From the NCBI GenBank assembly GCA_963706955.1, contig CAVPOC010000014.1:34282-98281 (forward strand): a DNA stretch of 64,000 bases, given 5' to 3'. The notes beneath the pieces are model-generated. The model was not told where the DNA came from, ran no database searches, and saw only the letters and a program-made list of their open reading frames with translations. This stretch comes from an uncultured Verrucomicrobiae bacterium (lineage in GTDB: Bacteria; Verrucomicrobiota; Verrucomicrobiia; Chthoniobacterales; Terrimicrobiaceae). A program made the translations under genes and the position numbers. Below are positions 30,689-40,520 of this stretch, one piece after another (within the stretch, counting starts at the first letter, position 1; every line of letters begins with the position of its first letter).

Positions 30689-31345
30689 GTGAATGTTTCC
30701 CGTTGGGCGCGTCGTTTTCTTGAGAGCACGCGCGGAAAGATCATTTTGCTTCTGCGACGGGAGGCGCGCACGGTCGCCGAGTTGGCGGAGGCGCTGAGCC
30801 TGACCGACAACGCGATTCGGGCGCACCTCGCCACGCTGGAGCGTGATGGGATCGTCCGCCAAGGGGGCGAGCGGCCAGGCTTTCGCAAGCCGCATTTCTC
30901 CTATGAATTGACGACCGAGGGCGAGGAGCTCTTTCCGAAGGCGTATGGCCCTCTCCTAAACCAAATTCTTACTCAGCTTAAAGAGCGCTTTGGTTCTGAG
31001 CAGCTGGAAGCGGTCTTGCGCCAAGTTGGTCATCGCCTGGCCGCGACTCATGCTGTAGCTGGTTCCACCGGGCTTGAAGAGCGGCTTGAGGACGCAGTCA
31101 AAATCCTTTCCAGCCTCGGGGGCCAGGCGCGAATTGAACGTGAGAATGGCAAGGTCTTTATCCGCGGCGCCGGGTGCCCCTTGTCCGAAGCCACAGCTGA
31201 GCATGCCGAAATGTGTAGGCTAGTCGAGACGCTCCTGGCCGAGATTATCGACGCTCCTGTGCAGGAATCCTGTCAACGCGGACCTTCTCCCCAGTGCTGC
31301 TTCGAAGTAGAGGTAACGAGCAACAGGGAAAAGGTATCTCGCTAA
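30689..31345 (+). CDS. Winged-HTH transcriptional regulator (ArsR/SufR-like, C-terminal Cys motifs)
   Basis: TVAELAEAL.LTDNAIRAHL..LERDG; CP..C..C..CC cluster; divergent from the DoxX-like gene across an AT-rich spacer. Confidence 0.85.
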   Translation: MNVSRWARRFLESTRGKIILLLRREARTVAELAEALSLTDNAIRAHLATLERDGIVRQGGERPGFRKPHFSYELTTEGEELFPKAYGPLLNQILTQLKERFGSEQLEAVLRQVGHRLAATHAVAGSTGLEERLEDAVKILSSLGGQARIERENGKVFIRGAGCPLSEATAEHAEMCRLVETLLAEIIDAPVQESCQRGPSPQCCFEVEVTSNREKVSR

Positions 31346-31545
31346 GCGTGTTCTTGCCGTCGTGTTCAAGGCGCCAACTCAGCGAAATTCTGAGGCCGAT
31401 CAACGTGAACCGACAGATCTTGGGATCTTGACGATTGTGAGAAACCCTTGTTGTCCGCGACCTGGCGCCGGGCCGGTCGCGGATTGGCACCGGCGCTAGC
31501 ACAGCAAATCGTCTGCGATCGGCCCGCCGGAGATTTGGCGCACGC

Positions 31546-32112
31546 TCAAAACAGTTCCGTCTGCGCATCTCCCAACGGATAGCTGACGTTAATGCCTCTC
31601 CTCATCGCGAAAGATCGGAGTGCGTGGGCCTCCGTGCGACTTTCGCTCATGATATGCCTGGTTGGAACTCCTTGGGCGACCAAGGCGTCGGCAATCAGAG
31701 AGCGATGGCAGCGCCAGGGAACGGCTTCTGCGCACATCAGCACGACGCGTTCTTTCTTCGCAAGCTTGAGAAGATTCTCCAGACTGGCCGAAAATTCTGG
31801 CGTCTGCATATGGTCCGCATAACCGCGGAAAGATGCGTTTTTCCAACCGGTATTGATCGAATCCGGCTTCGGTCGGCGCAAGCCGCCGAGTCCAGCCACA
31901 TGAGTGTAGTCAATACCAGCGACCTTGAGCGACCCTGGCAATGTGTCCTGGTTGAATTGGGGGTTGCGCCGGGACCGAGGCAGCGTCCGCACATCGACCA
32001 CGCAGGTGGCGCCATGTGTTGTCAACAGACGAATGAATTCCTCGATGGTCCGAGTCGAGTGTCCGATGGTGAGCACTGTCGGATGAGTTTCGGACTGTTT
32101 CTCTTCAGCCAT
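31546..32112 (-). CDS. DUF488 family protein
   Basis: TIGHSTR, DVR..P.SR.NPQF, LGGLR, LMCAEAVPWRCHRSLIAD. Confidence 0.92.
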   Translation of the reverse strand: MAEEKQSETHPTVLTIGHSTRTIEEFIRLLTTHGATCVVDVRTLPRSRRNPQFNQDTLPGSLKVAGIDYTHVAGLGGLRRPKPDSINTGWKNASFRGYADHMQTPEFSASLENLLKLAKKERVVLMCAEAVPWRCHRSLIADALVAQGVPTRHIMSESRTEAHALRSFAMRRGINVSYPLGDAQTELF

Positions 32113-32512
32113 GGAAAAGAATTCTGCGGTGATTCTCGCATCCTAGCGAGCGACGCGTCCAAGGCTCAGGCCAGACCATGCTAAAGTGTGGCGTCCAGCG
32201 TAGCTAGGCATGTCAGCTTGGAAGTCCTCGTCACGGCGATCACGCAGAACGCAGTGGCCCGGTCCTTTTCATAGCGTTTGCGGACCGCTGCAAATGAACG
32301 AGTCGGACAAATTCTCGGGCGACATGGTGCCGTCGTAATGAAGGTGCCGGATGTTGCGAGATGAAGACAAGAGGAAGGGGGCCGGAAAGCGGAAAATAGC
32401 GATGTAACAGCATCCTGCGCATACGGTGCCATTCGCCACCATCGTGAATGTCCAGAGGAACTTGGAATTTGAAACCCGGAGAGGCTCTGAAGGGACGAAA
32501 GGAGCTTGGAGG

Positions 32513-34129
32513 CTAGGTTCTCGAATTGATATCCATGGCAACAAGGCAGACATCGTCGTCAAATTCATGGGTCGCTGAGAACCGCTGCACGTCGGCAATG
32601 AGGCTACTGCAGAGTTCCGCGGCGGGAAGCTGCGTGCGAGTGCCGACCGCTTTGAGAAGCCGCTGATAGTCGTAAAGCTGGCCCTCCGAACCCTCGACCT
32701 CGAACAGCCCATCCGTAAACAGTAGGACGACCTCATGCGGCGAGAGCCTGCAACTGTGGGTTTCATATTTCGCACCTTCGAAGATTCCGAGGACCGGGCC
32801 CGGCCGCTGTCCCCCATCGAGCGGCAAGGCTGTTGATGCGGATCTGTTCCCTGCGCGCGCGAGGCGCAAGGGATGCGGATGTCCGGCATTCGCGTAGCGC
32901 AACTGGCCCTTGGCAAGATCGGCCACCACGTAACACGCCGAAGCAAAGAGCGTGGTCTCGCTGTTTCTAAATGCCTCCAGCAGCGCGCGGTTAAGTCCAA
33001 TCAACAATTCGCCAGGTCTCGTCCACAAGGAACGCAACTCGATGACTACTGAGCGGACAATCGCCGCGACGAGTGCGGCGCGCACACCATGCCCCATGAC
33101 ATCGCAGATGAACAACCCGACCTTGTCGCCGGAGATGTCGAAGACGTCAAAAAAATCGCCACTGATAACCATCGATGGCCGAAAAAACGGATAAAAATGA
33201 ACGGCGCTACTCTCTTCGTTGGCGTGGCGAGGAAGACTTGGGAACCGTTGCGGCAAAAGAGCACTTTGTAATTCGCGCGCCATTTCCAGATCTTGTTCAA
33301 GAGATTCATTTTTCGTCCGAAGCTCCTCGGTAAGTCGGGCCAGCTTTTCCGCAGCGCGCTTTTTCTCGGTGATGTCGCGGGAAATGCCGAACGTGCCGAT
33401 AACCTTCCCCTGCGCGTCGCGCAGCGGCATCTTCGTCGTTGAAACCCAGGTATCGTCGCGATCCGGCCACGTCTCCTTCTCCTCATAATCGAGTATCGGT
33501 TTGCCGGTCCGAATGATTTCACGTTCATCCGCGAGGGCGCCCTCGGCGTGTTCCCTGGAAAAAAAATCGTGGTCGGTCCTGCCGATGATTTCGGCCGGAT
33601 CCGACTTGCCAAACGAACGCGTCATGGCCCGGCTAACCGCAATGAAGCGGCTGTCGAGGTCCTTGAAGTAGATGGCGTAAGGGAGGTGATCCATCAATGT
33701 CTTCAGCAGGTTGCGCTCTTTGGCGAGAATCAGTTCAGTCTTGCACCGTTCGGTGATGTCCCAGGCGACGCCGACGATCCGCGAAACCTCTGTATTGTCA
33801 TCGCAGTACGGTCTTGAACGCATCCTTATCACACGCTCGCTTCCGTCCGAGGACCAGATCACCCGGAACTCTGTATCCATGCCGGTGCGTGCCTCGGCCG
33901 CGCGGGCAAATTCGTCGCGAATCCTTTCCCGGTCCTCTGCGTGCAGCAAACCAAGAAAATCCTCGTAACTCCCCGTGCACGCGCCGGGTGCCAGTCCGAA
34001 AAGGCTATGCATCCGATCATCCCACCAAATCACCGCAGCAGAGACGTCCAAATCCCAAGTTCCCATCTCCGCGGCAGCAAGCGCCAGATCTACTCGATCC
34101 GCCTCGCTGTCGCGGTGGGTGTTGCTCAT
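32513..34129 (-). CDS. PAS-PAS-SpoIIE (PP2C) serine phosphatase
   Basis: Two PAS/PAC domains; SGDFFD, CDVMGHG, LFTDGL.E, DDVCL. Confidence 0.9.
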   Translation of the reverse strand: MSNTHRDSEADRVDLALAAAEMGTWDLDVSAAVIWWDDRMHSLFGLAPGACTGSYEDFLGLLHAEDRERIRDEFARAAEARTGMDTEFRVIWSSDGSERVIRMRSRPYCDDNTEVSRIVGVAWDITERCKTELILAKERNLLKTLMDHLPYAIYFKDLDSRFIAVSRAMTRSFGKSDPAEIIGRTDHDFFSREHAEGALADEREIIRTGKPILDYEEKETWPDRDDTWVSTTKMPLRDAQGKVIGTFGISRDITEKKRAAEKLARLTEELRTKNESLEQDLEMARELQSALLPQRFPSLPRHANEESSAVHFYPFFRPSMVISGDFFDVFDISGDKVGLFICDVMGHGVRAALVAAIVRSVVIELRSLWTRPGELLIGLNRALLEAFRNSETTLFASACYVVADLAKGQLRYANAGHPHPLRLARAGNRSASTALPLDGGQRPGPVLGIFEGAKYETHSCRLSPHEVVLLFTDGLFEVEGSEGQLYDYQRLLKAVGTRTQLPAAELCSSLIADVQRFSATHEFDDDVCLVAMDINSRT

Positions 34130-34538
34130 AGGGAAGAGAAGAACCTTTATTTTCTTTGACAACAAAGTAGGCCCAAACTCTACCGCGGTCGAGTGTCCGA
34201 CATATGTTTTCGCGAACAGCCGCGGCAAAGCAATCTGTATCCAGACGGTCCCGAGATAAATTGGGACCACGCTTTGCCGGCGCTGATGATTTCCGACGCA
34301 ATCTGGATTGCCGACCTTGGGTAGACCCGACCGAGCTTTTCATCTCAGCGAACGCCTCCGTGACGAACCTTTCTGCTGAGCAATCTGGTAGCGCGGGTTT
34401 TGCACCGCGCACCAGACCTTCTCACAAACCTCGCGGCAACTTTAGTGAGTTCGTCGTTGAACTTGCCGATCTCGGGTCGACGATTCTTGCTAAATCAGTC
34501 CTCTCGCAAAAAAACCGCGGCCGCTCTCGCGGTTGGAC

Positions 34539-34910
34539 TCACCCGCGGCCTGGATTTCGCTTGTGAATGCAGATGGTGTTGCCATCGGGATCAAAGATCA
34601 TCGCCATTCGGCATACTGGCGTGGAGAGTGGCTCGATTCGAAATTTGACATTGTGCTGCTGCAAGTGAGCCACGGTAGCGTCGAAGTCTTCCACTTCGAG
34701 CGCGGCACTACAGCCGTCAGGATTGGGTTTGAATCCCGGTGCACAACCGAGGGCCAGCGCGTCCGGACCAAATTCATATTCGGTCCACTGACCGTGCTCG
34801 TTATTGGTCACGGTGGTTGGAGTGAGATGCAAAACGCCTTCGTAAAATTCGCGCGCACGCTCCATGTCAGTGACCGCGTAACAGCAAAACGCTAGTTCGA
34901 TAACTTTCAT
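34539..34910 (-). CDS. VOC/glyoxalase family protein
   Basis: VTDMERAREFYEGVL, EVEDFD, DPDGNTICIH. Confidence 0.88.
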   Translation of the reverse strand: MKVIELAFCCYAVTDMERAREFYEGVLHLTPTTVTNNEHGQWTEYEFGPDALALGCAPGFKPNPDGCSAALEVEDFDATVAHLQQHNVKFRIEPLSTPVCRMAMIFDPDGNTICIHKRNPGRG

Positions 34911-35307
34911 ATGATTCTCCATTTGTGGCATCGCTCACTGCTGAGCGCCTAACCTCTTTTTGAGTATTGCTCGTTCTATAACTGAAAACCAACACTCATT
35001 CAGCGTCTACTCGACGAAACGCGAGGCGTGCGCCGCACCGGTTCCGAACCGGCGAATAGTCGCCAGTTTGAAAACGTGCGGCTATGGCAAATATTGACTC
35101 TAAGAACATTGCATCGAATACATTTGCCTTAGCTGAGCGTTCGGCGTGGCACATTCTCGAAGTGCGCCGTGGCCTCGAGGGTATAAACCATCTGCAGATC
35201 CGGTGCGAGCAGTTGAAGTGGGGCTTGACGCCGCTGAAATCGAATCTTCGAGTGTAGTCACGGGTTTCCTCTGCAAGAGCGACCGAAAACGCAGCGTTTG
35301 TTTGAGC

Positions 35308-35772
35308 TCACCCTTGGAGTGATCGCTGTAAAAATTGGAGAATGGCCGGGGCGGGTAGCGCTCCAGATTGCCGCGCGGCTTCGTGGCCAGCTTTAAACAA
35401 GATCAGCGCAGGAATGGCGCTGATGCCAAAGCGCGCGCCTACGCCGGGCAGTTCGTCGGTGTTCACTTTGGCGACAAGCCAACGGCCAGCACCCTCGGCA
35501 GCGACTTTAATTAGCTCGGGCGCGACCATTTTACAGGGACCACACCACGGCGCCCAGAAATCGACCAACACGGGCAGCGCAGACCGAGCGATGAGCGAGT
35601 CGAATATCGATACACCCGCCACCTCGACCGGTTCCGTCGGCTGGGGAATTTCCGTGCGGCACTTGGTGCAGCGAAAAATCGAACCGAGACGTTCGTAGAT
35701 TAACCTGTTGCGCTGACCGCATTGCGGACAGGCACGGATAAGTCCGCGCTCGTCGGGCTCAACCGTAGTCAT
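35308..35772 (-). CDS. trxC: Thioredoxin 2 with N-terminal Zn-finger
   Basis: CPQC..CTKC plus WCGPC active site. Confidence 0.9.
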   Translation of the reverse strand: MTTVEPDERGLIRACPQCGQRNRLIYERLGSIFRCTKCRTEIPQPTEPVEVAGVSIFDSLIARSALPVLVDFWAPWCGPCKMVAPELIKVAAEGAGRWLVAKVNTDELPGVGARFGISAIPALILFKAGHEAARQSGALPAPAILQFLQRSLQG

Positions 35773-36013
35773 GGCGATCTCCGAATTGAATCTGGAATCG
35801 GGCCGCTATTGATAGCGATCAGCCGGTCCGCCTCCGACCGAAGTTTCTATGGGAGCAAGGCAACCATTTCCGCAGCAGCCTCGCCTCGAGCCAAGCGGCG
35901 AAGCTAACACTTGCCATGCCGGTTTGATTGATCCCGCCAGGCCGAGATTTGCTAGAGACCACTTGCCGGCGAATCGCCAAGCGATAAGGCCTATATCGTC
36001 GATCTCTTAATAG

Positions 36014-36163
36014 CTACTGAATTCGACCGTCCACTTCGCTGCTATACTCACGCTTATCTTTCTTTTCGAGCGCACTTTCCGCGGGAGTTGGTGGCGGTTG
36101 ATTGGCACATCCGATCACTACCAAGGAGACAATGAGGGCGAGGGCGGCAGAGGGAAGCTTCAT
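36014..36163 (-). CDS. Small putative lipoprotein
   Basis: MKLPSAALALIVSLVVIGC lipobox-like signal. Confidence 0.45.
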   Translation of the reverse strand: MKLPSAALALIVSLVVIGCANQPPPTPAESALEKKDKREYSSEVDGRIQ

Positions 36164-36997
36164 AGAATGGCGTTTGCCGCATTCAACATGACCGCGCGGA
36201 AAAAGGACAGGAAAAAGATAGCTCATTTCTAGTTTGGGAATTGAATGAGCTCAGCCTTTGTATGAGGCGCGCGAAAAGCTCGGTTCCAGCAATGAACTTA
36301 GCAGGAGTACCTAACCCCGCCGCCCAGGCACTAAACGAGCTCTGTGCCAGACCTTTTGGCAGCCGTCGATAGCTCTCAACTGTCTTCCTGACCGTGCTGG
36401 AAATCCTTGCCCTGTTGCATGGTTCTTCCGTAGCTGGGTGCCAGCATAACTCTGCTTAGGTTACGTTGTTTTTCATCGGGTCGAGACTTATTCAGTGAGT
36501 AGGACCATCTTATTTGCAGACACGGAATGCGACAGGGATCTAAGGGGACGAGTCCTTCACCGGCATCCTTTCCGCGGACAACGCATCCTCACTTCGCTCG
36601 GCAAGATCACTAACTGTTCGTGGGACATAACGTTCCGTCAGGATCGGACCGAGAATCGCGGTCGTGACCAGATTGTCTGACGTGCCGCACGCAAATTTCG
36701 CGAGAACAGGCAGCCGCCATGGCGTGCGAACGGAGAAATTTAGAGACTCCGGAGTTCCAGTGAAGATGGCTCGCCCTTGCGCTTCGAGGCGCCAGAACCA
36801 TCTGCTGCAGTTCCAAACGATCTGCAGGAGGTCACGCGAAATTACCGTGCGTCTCATGAATCGCTTTAATGCCCGACCAGGCACATCGGCGTTTCGTCTT
36901 CGGCAAGATATCATCGGGACCACGACCACGCACTGCCCCATCTGCGGGGCCAAGCGCGGAGAGTGAGCATCACGCGGGCTCGTTTCGAGGATAGAGG

Positions 36998-37930
36998 CTA
37001 ATAGCTAAAGGTCAGACCAACATTGGCCCAAACCTCGTTTCCCTGGTCGATCTGTTGAAGGGCGGTCAGCGCCACGCTGTAGCTAATTCCTCCGTGAATC
37101 GATATCAAGCGGCTAAGCTGCCAGCTCGCCTTGAGGCCAAATTGAAAGTGATTCCACCCGTAATAAGCGGTTGTGTTGTAACCAAGGTTTAGTCCGAGGA
37201 GCAGATAGGGTTCCAAGAGAAAGATCCTGCGAGGAAGAGGAATCGCTCCATCAAGCCGCATTTGCAGGTATGAACCGGGCGTGTTGTTAAGGTCACAAAC
37301 GAAGAGCAGACTAGGAGTGACGTGCGGAATGACTTTCGTTCCCACGACGAAAAAAAGCTCGTTGCCGTAAGTGCGATGCGAATGGCTCTCAGTATGGCCG
37401 GTATCCTCGTGACTGAGCGCATGATGGTCTTCCTCATGCTCGACATGTTCGTGGGCTTCATCCGTTCCGTGATCATGGCTGGCTGATTCGGAATGCTCAT
37501 CTGAGATTATACCAGGTTGATAGCGAAAGTTGTATCCTGGCGTGAAAAAGAATGTCTCCGTTCCGAACGTGTAGGCGATAGTGAAATCCCATTCCTGATA
37601 CTCATTTCCAGTGCCGAAGCCGGACCATACGCTTAGTCTCAGTCTCTGAATTCGCAAGGCGAGTTCAGTCGTCCAGGCGCCGTAGAGTCCAGTTTCGTCC
37701 ACGCCATAGTGCATTTCCCTACTGGTCCAGCCGGTGGTGAGGCTAGCACCCCACCATCGATCCCGTGCATCGAATGGCGTAGTGAAAGATTTGCCGGCGA
37801 CCGAAGCCTGTCGGTCGCGAGCGACTTCGCGCTCGTCGTCGGCTGTGTAAAAATCTCCACCGAGTCCGTGAGGGAGAGCGGATGACGCGGTAACGATGAA
37901 GACTATAAAAGAAAGAGAGAATTTTTTCAT
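36998..37930 (-). CDS. Putative outer-membrane beta-barrel protein with His/Glu-rich insert
   Basis: Signal peptide, alternating beta-strand pattern, C-terminal ..VGLTFSY, HDHGTDEAHEHVEHEEDHHALSHEDTGHTESHSH loop. Confidence 0.7.
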   Translation of the reverse strand: MKKFSLSFIVFIVTASSALPHGLGGDFYTADDEREVARDRQASVAGKSFTTPFDARDRWWGASLTTGWTSREMHYGVDETGLYGAWTTELALRIQRLRLSVWSGFGTGNEYQEWDFTIAYTFGTETFFFTPGYNFRYQPGIISDEHSESASHDHGTDEAHEHVEHEEDHHALSHEDTGHTESHSHRTYGNELFFVVGTKVIPHVTPSLLFVCDLNNTPGSYLQMRLDGAIPLPRRIFLLEPYLLLGLNLGYNTTAYYGWNHFQFGLKASWQLSRLISIHGGISYSVALTALQQIDQGNEVWANVGLTFSY

Positions 37931-38112
37931 ACGAACAGTCAAATGAGGCGGCAATCGCGAGATCGGCCGCAAAGCTTAGACCACTCCGGCAAAACGCCGG
38001 GTGTATATGTAAGTCATCGAAACGCGGAGAGCGTCTCGATCTTAGGAGAGCCTTTCTGCTCCTGTGCCGATGTTTCGGCCAGAGGAGAAGGACGCTCCGC
38101 TATTTCCCGGTA

Positions 38113-38517
38113 TTATGAAAGTCTCGGGACCGGAGCTGGAGGCGCCTGTGAACGCTTAGTCGGCGTGGCGTCGTCCAGGTCGAAATATCTGTAATCCTTA
38201 ATGCCCGGCCGCTGGAGATGATGACGGATAGACATCAAGAAAATCTCGCCCTTTTTATCGAACTTGACTGTCGCCGGGGCGCTATTCTCTTTCTGCCGCT
38301 CTTTGGAGATCTTGGTGCACATGCCACATGGAGAGCGCCCGTTGAACGTCTTGGCGATCGCCTCGGCAATTGTCCCAGTCTTGGAGTAGTCCCGTATCAT
38401 CTGCGCCCAGGCAATCGTCTGAAACACCGCCCAATGTCCGCCTGACAATCCAAAGAATGCCAGACAGATCAAGGGAAGGCCGAAAAGCCGGAGCATCCTA
38501 GGCACGAGAGCCATCAT
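38113..38517 (-). CDS. Small CxxC/Pro-rich protein (DUF2946/CutF-like)
   Basis: Hydrophobic N-terminus, GGHWAVFQTIAWAQM, PCGMC, C-terminal RSQAPPAPVPRLS; start uncertain. Confidence 0.65.
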   Translation of the reverse strand: MMALVPRMLRLFGLPLICLAFFGLSGGHWAVFQTIAWAQMIRDYSKTGTIAEAIAKTFNGRSPCGMCTKISKERQKENSAPATVKFDKKGEIFLMSIRHHLQRPGIKDYRYFDLDDATPTKRSQAPPAPVPRLS

Positions 38518-38711
38518 CCAAAGTCTTGCAGCGGAAAACGGCGCCAAAGTCCAGAGATTTGTCCGAAGAATCGAAGCGAACCGAGGTCGCCACCTCGAAG
38601 GTCGACGCAGCGTTCGCTGTCCAGCTTGCTCGCAGAACCATTTTTTTCGACAAGATTGCTGACAGGAACAGTGGCTGTGCTACTCTACGCAGCGATCCTT
38701 CTTCAGCATCG

Positions 38712-39037
38712 ATGCAACTGATCGCGCGCGCCCACGATCATGGGATGCGCATCATCGGCGCCACGTTGACTCCTTTCGCGGTTGCCTTCAAAGGAACGCC
38801 GCTCGAGGGCTACTACAATGCCGACAAGGAAGCAAGCGAGTGGCAGTCAACGAATGGATTCGCAATAGCGGCGCATTCGACGGCGTGATCGATTTTGACG
38901 CCGTAGTCCGCGATCCGGCTAACCCAGAGCAAATGGTCCCCGCCTACGACAAGGGCGATAACTTGCATCCCAACGACGCTGGCTACAAGGCCATGGCAGA
39001 GTCTATCGACCTTAAGCTAATCACCGGCCAACCGTGA
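38712..39037 (+). pseudogene. SGNH/GDSL hydrolase C-terminal fragment, frameshifted
   Basis: IARAH..G.RIIGATLTPF / VNEWIR..GAFDGVIDFD..DNLHPNDAGY in two frames; N-terminus absent. Confidence 0.8.
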
Positions 39038-39078
39038 CGACGTTCTCGGAAGTAATTTCCGAAAGTTAGATCGCCTCT

Positions 39079-39281
39079 TGTAGCGGCGGTGTCCCCACCG
39101 CCGGGGTGCCCTCGACCGTGAGGACACGGTCGCTACAGACGCCGTCATGATTAGCCTCGAGATCAAGGGCCGCTTTTCGATCTTGTCGTCAATGTGGTTT
39201 CGGCGGAGATAGATAGTCCTCGATCTAGCGGCGGCATCCCCGCCGCCGACGAAGCCACCGTCCGTGTCGGGGATACGGTCG
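39079..39281. repeat. REP-like palindromic doublets (one intact, one decayed)
   Basis: TGTAGCGGCGGTGTCCCCACCGCC...GACCGTGAGGACACGGTCGCTACA at 39079-39137; similar copy at 39226-39281; between convergent genes. Confidence 0.65.
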
Positions 39282-39289
39282 TCCCGGGA

Positions 39290-40336
39290 CTACTCCACCA
39301 GGCCTGTTGCCGAAAAATCTATGCCGACGCTGCGGCGGATCATGTCCAGAGTGGCCATCGTGTTGAGTGATGCCTCGAGCGTGCGGTAGGGGGTCTCCAA
39401 CTCACCGGCGGTGATGCATCGCGCCACCTCAGCGGCCTCGTAATAGAGACCCTCGAAGTGCCGTCCGGAGGGTTCCTCGTAGCGCAGCGTCTGTGATCCG
39501 TCGGCCGAACTCACCGTGAACGGGCCGGGAAGGTGAAAGTTCCTGTCGAACTGAATGGCTCCCTCGGTGCCGATGACGATGGCGTTCGTTGGCGTGAAGC
39601 CGTAGAGCGTCGTCCAAACGGTTCCCTCATTGCCATCCGCATCCGTAAGGATTGCGGACAACTGTCCATGAACGCCGCTGCGATCGAATTGGCTGACGCC
39701 CTTCACATCCTTCGGCACGCCAAAAATTTCGGTGAGAAATGAGACCGGATAAGTTCCCAAGTCGAGGAGCGGACCACCAGCGAGTTTGGGATCAAAGATG
39801 CGGTGATCGCGAGCGAAGTACTCCCCGTAGTCGGTGAATACTGATTTGATCTGGCCGATTGCCTTAGCTTCGAGCAATTGCCGAAGCACATCGAACTTTG
39901 GAAGATAGAACGTCCACAATGCTTCCGCGAAAAACCGCCCTTTCTGCCGAGCGAGTTCCACCATCTCGAGCGTTTGCGCGCGGTTGAGAGCAATTGGCTT
40001 CTCCACGAAGACGTGTTTTCCGGCGTTCAGCGCCAGAGACACTCCTTCATGATGCAGATTGTGGGGAGTGGCCACGTAGATTACATCCAGATCAGAGGCC
40101 GCCACTAACTCGTCATAGTCCCCATACGCTTTCTTCAAGCCCATGCGCGAGGCGAATTCCTGCGCTCGTTGCTTGCTCCGCGATCCAACCGCGACGATAT
40201 CTTGTTTCGTATGGGCGCGAACCGATTCAATGAACTTCTCGGCTATCCAGCCTGCGCCGAGGATACCCCAGCGTATCGCCGGCGCGTCGCTCGCGGATTT
40301 GATTCGGGATGGGGGGAGTGATTTCGGAAATGACAT
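39290..40336 (-). CDS. Gfo/Idh/MocA oxidoreductase
   Basis: WGILGAGWIA, YVATPH, GKHVFVEKP, GGPLLDLGTYP. Confidence 0.92.
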   Translation of the reverse strand: MSFPKSLPPSRIKSASDAPAIRWGILGAGWIAEKFIESVRAHTKQDIVAVGSRSKQRAQEFASRMGLKKAYGDYDELVAASDLDVIYVATPHNLHHEGVSLALNAGKHVFVEKPIALNRAQTLEMVELARQKGRFFAEALWTFYLPKFDVLRQLLEAKAIGQIKSVFTDYGEYFARDHRIFDPKLAGGPLLDLGTYPVSFLTEIFGVPKDVKGVSQFDRSGVHGQLSAILTDADGNEGTVWTTLYGFTPTNAIVIGTEGAIQFDRNFHLPGPFTVSSADGSQTLRYEEPSGRHFEGLYYEAAEVARCITAGELETPYRTLEASLNTMATLDMIRRSVGIDFSATGLVE

Positions 40337-40520
40337 AGCGTTGCATCCTGTGTTGATTCGACCAGCGGGGGTTCGCAATGTTTGCGATCCAGACCCTCGC
40401 GGGTCGAGCCAATTTCGCGTCCAACCTAGGTTGAGTGGAGGCGAGTTCCCATAGGCGCTATGCACGGGAAAGTCAACCAGGCAGACGACTCGCCGACCCC
40501 CGGTCTAGCGATGACATTAT

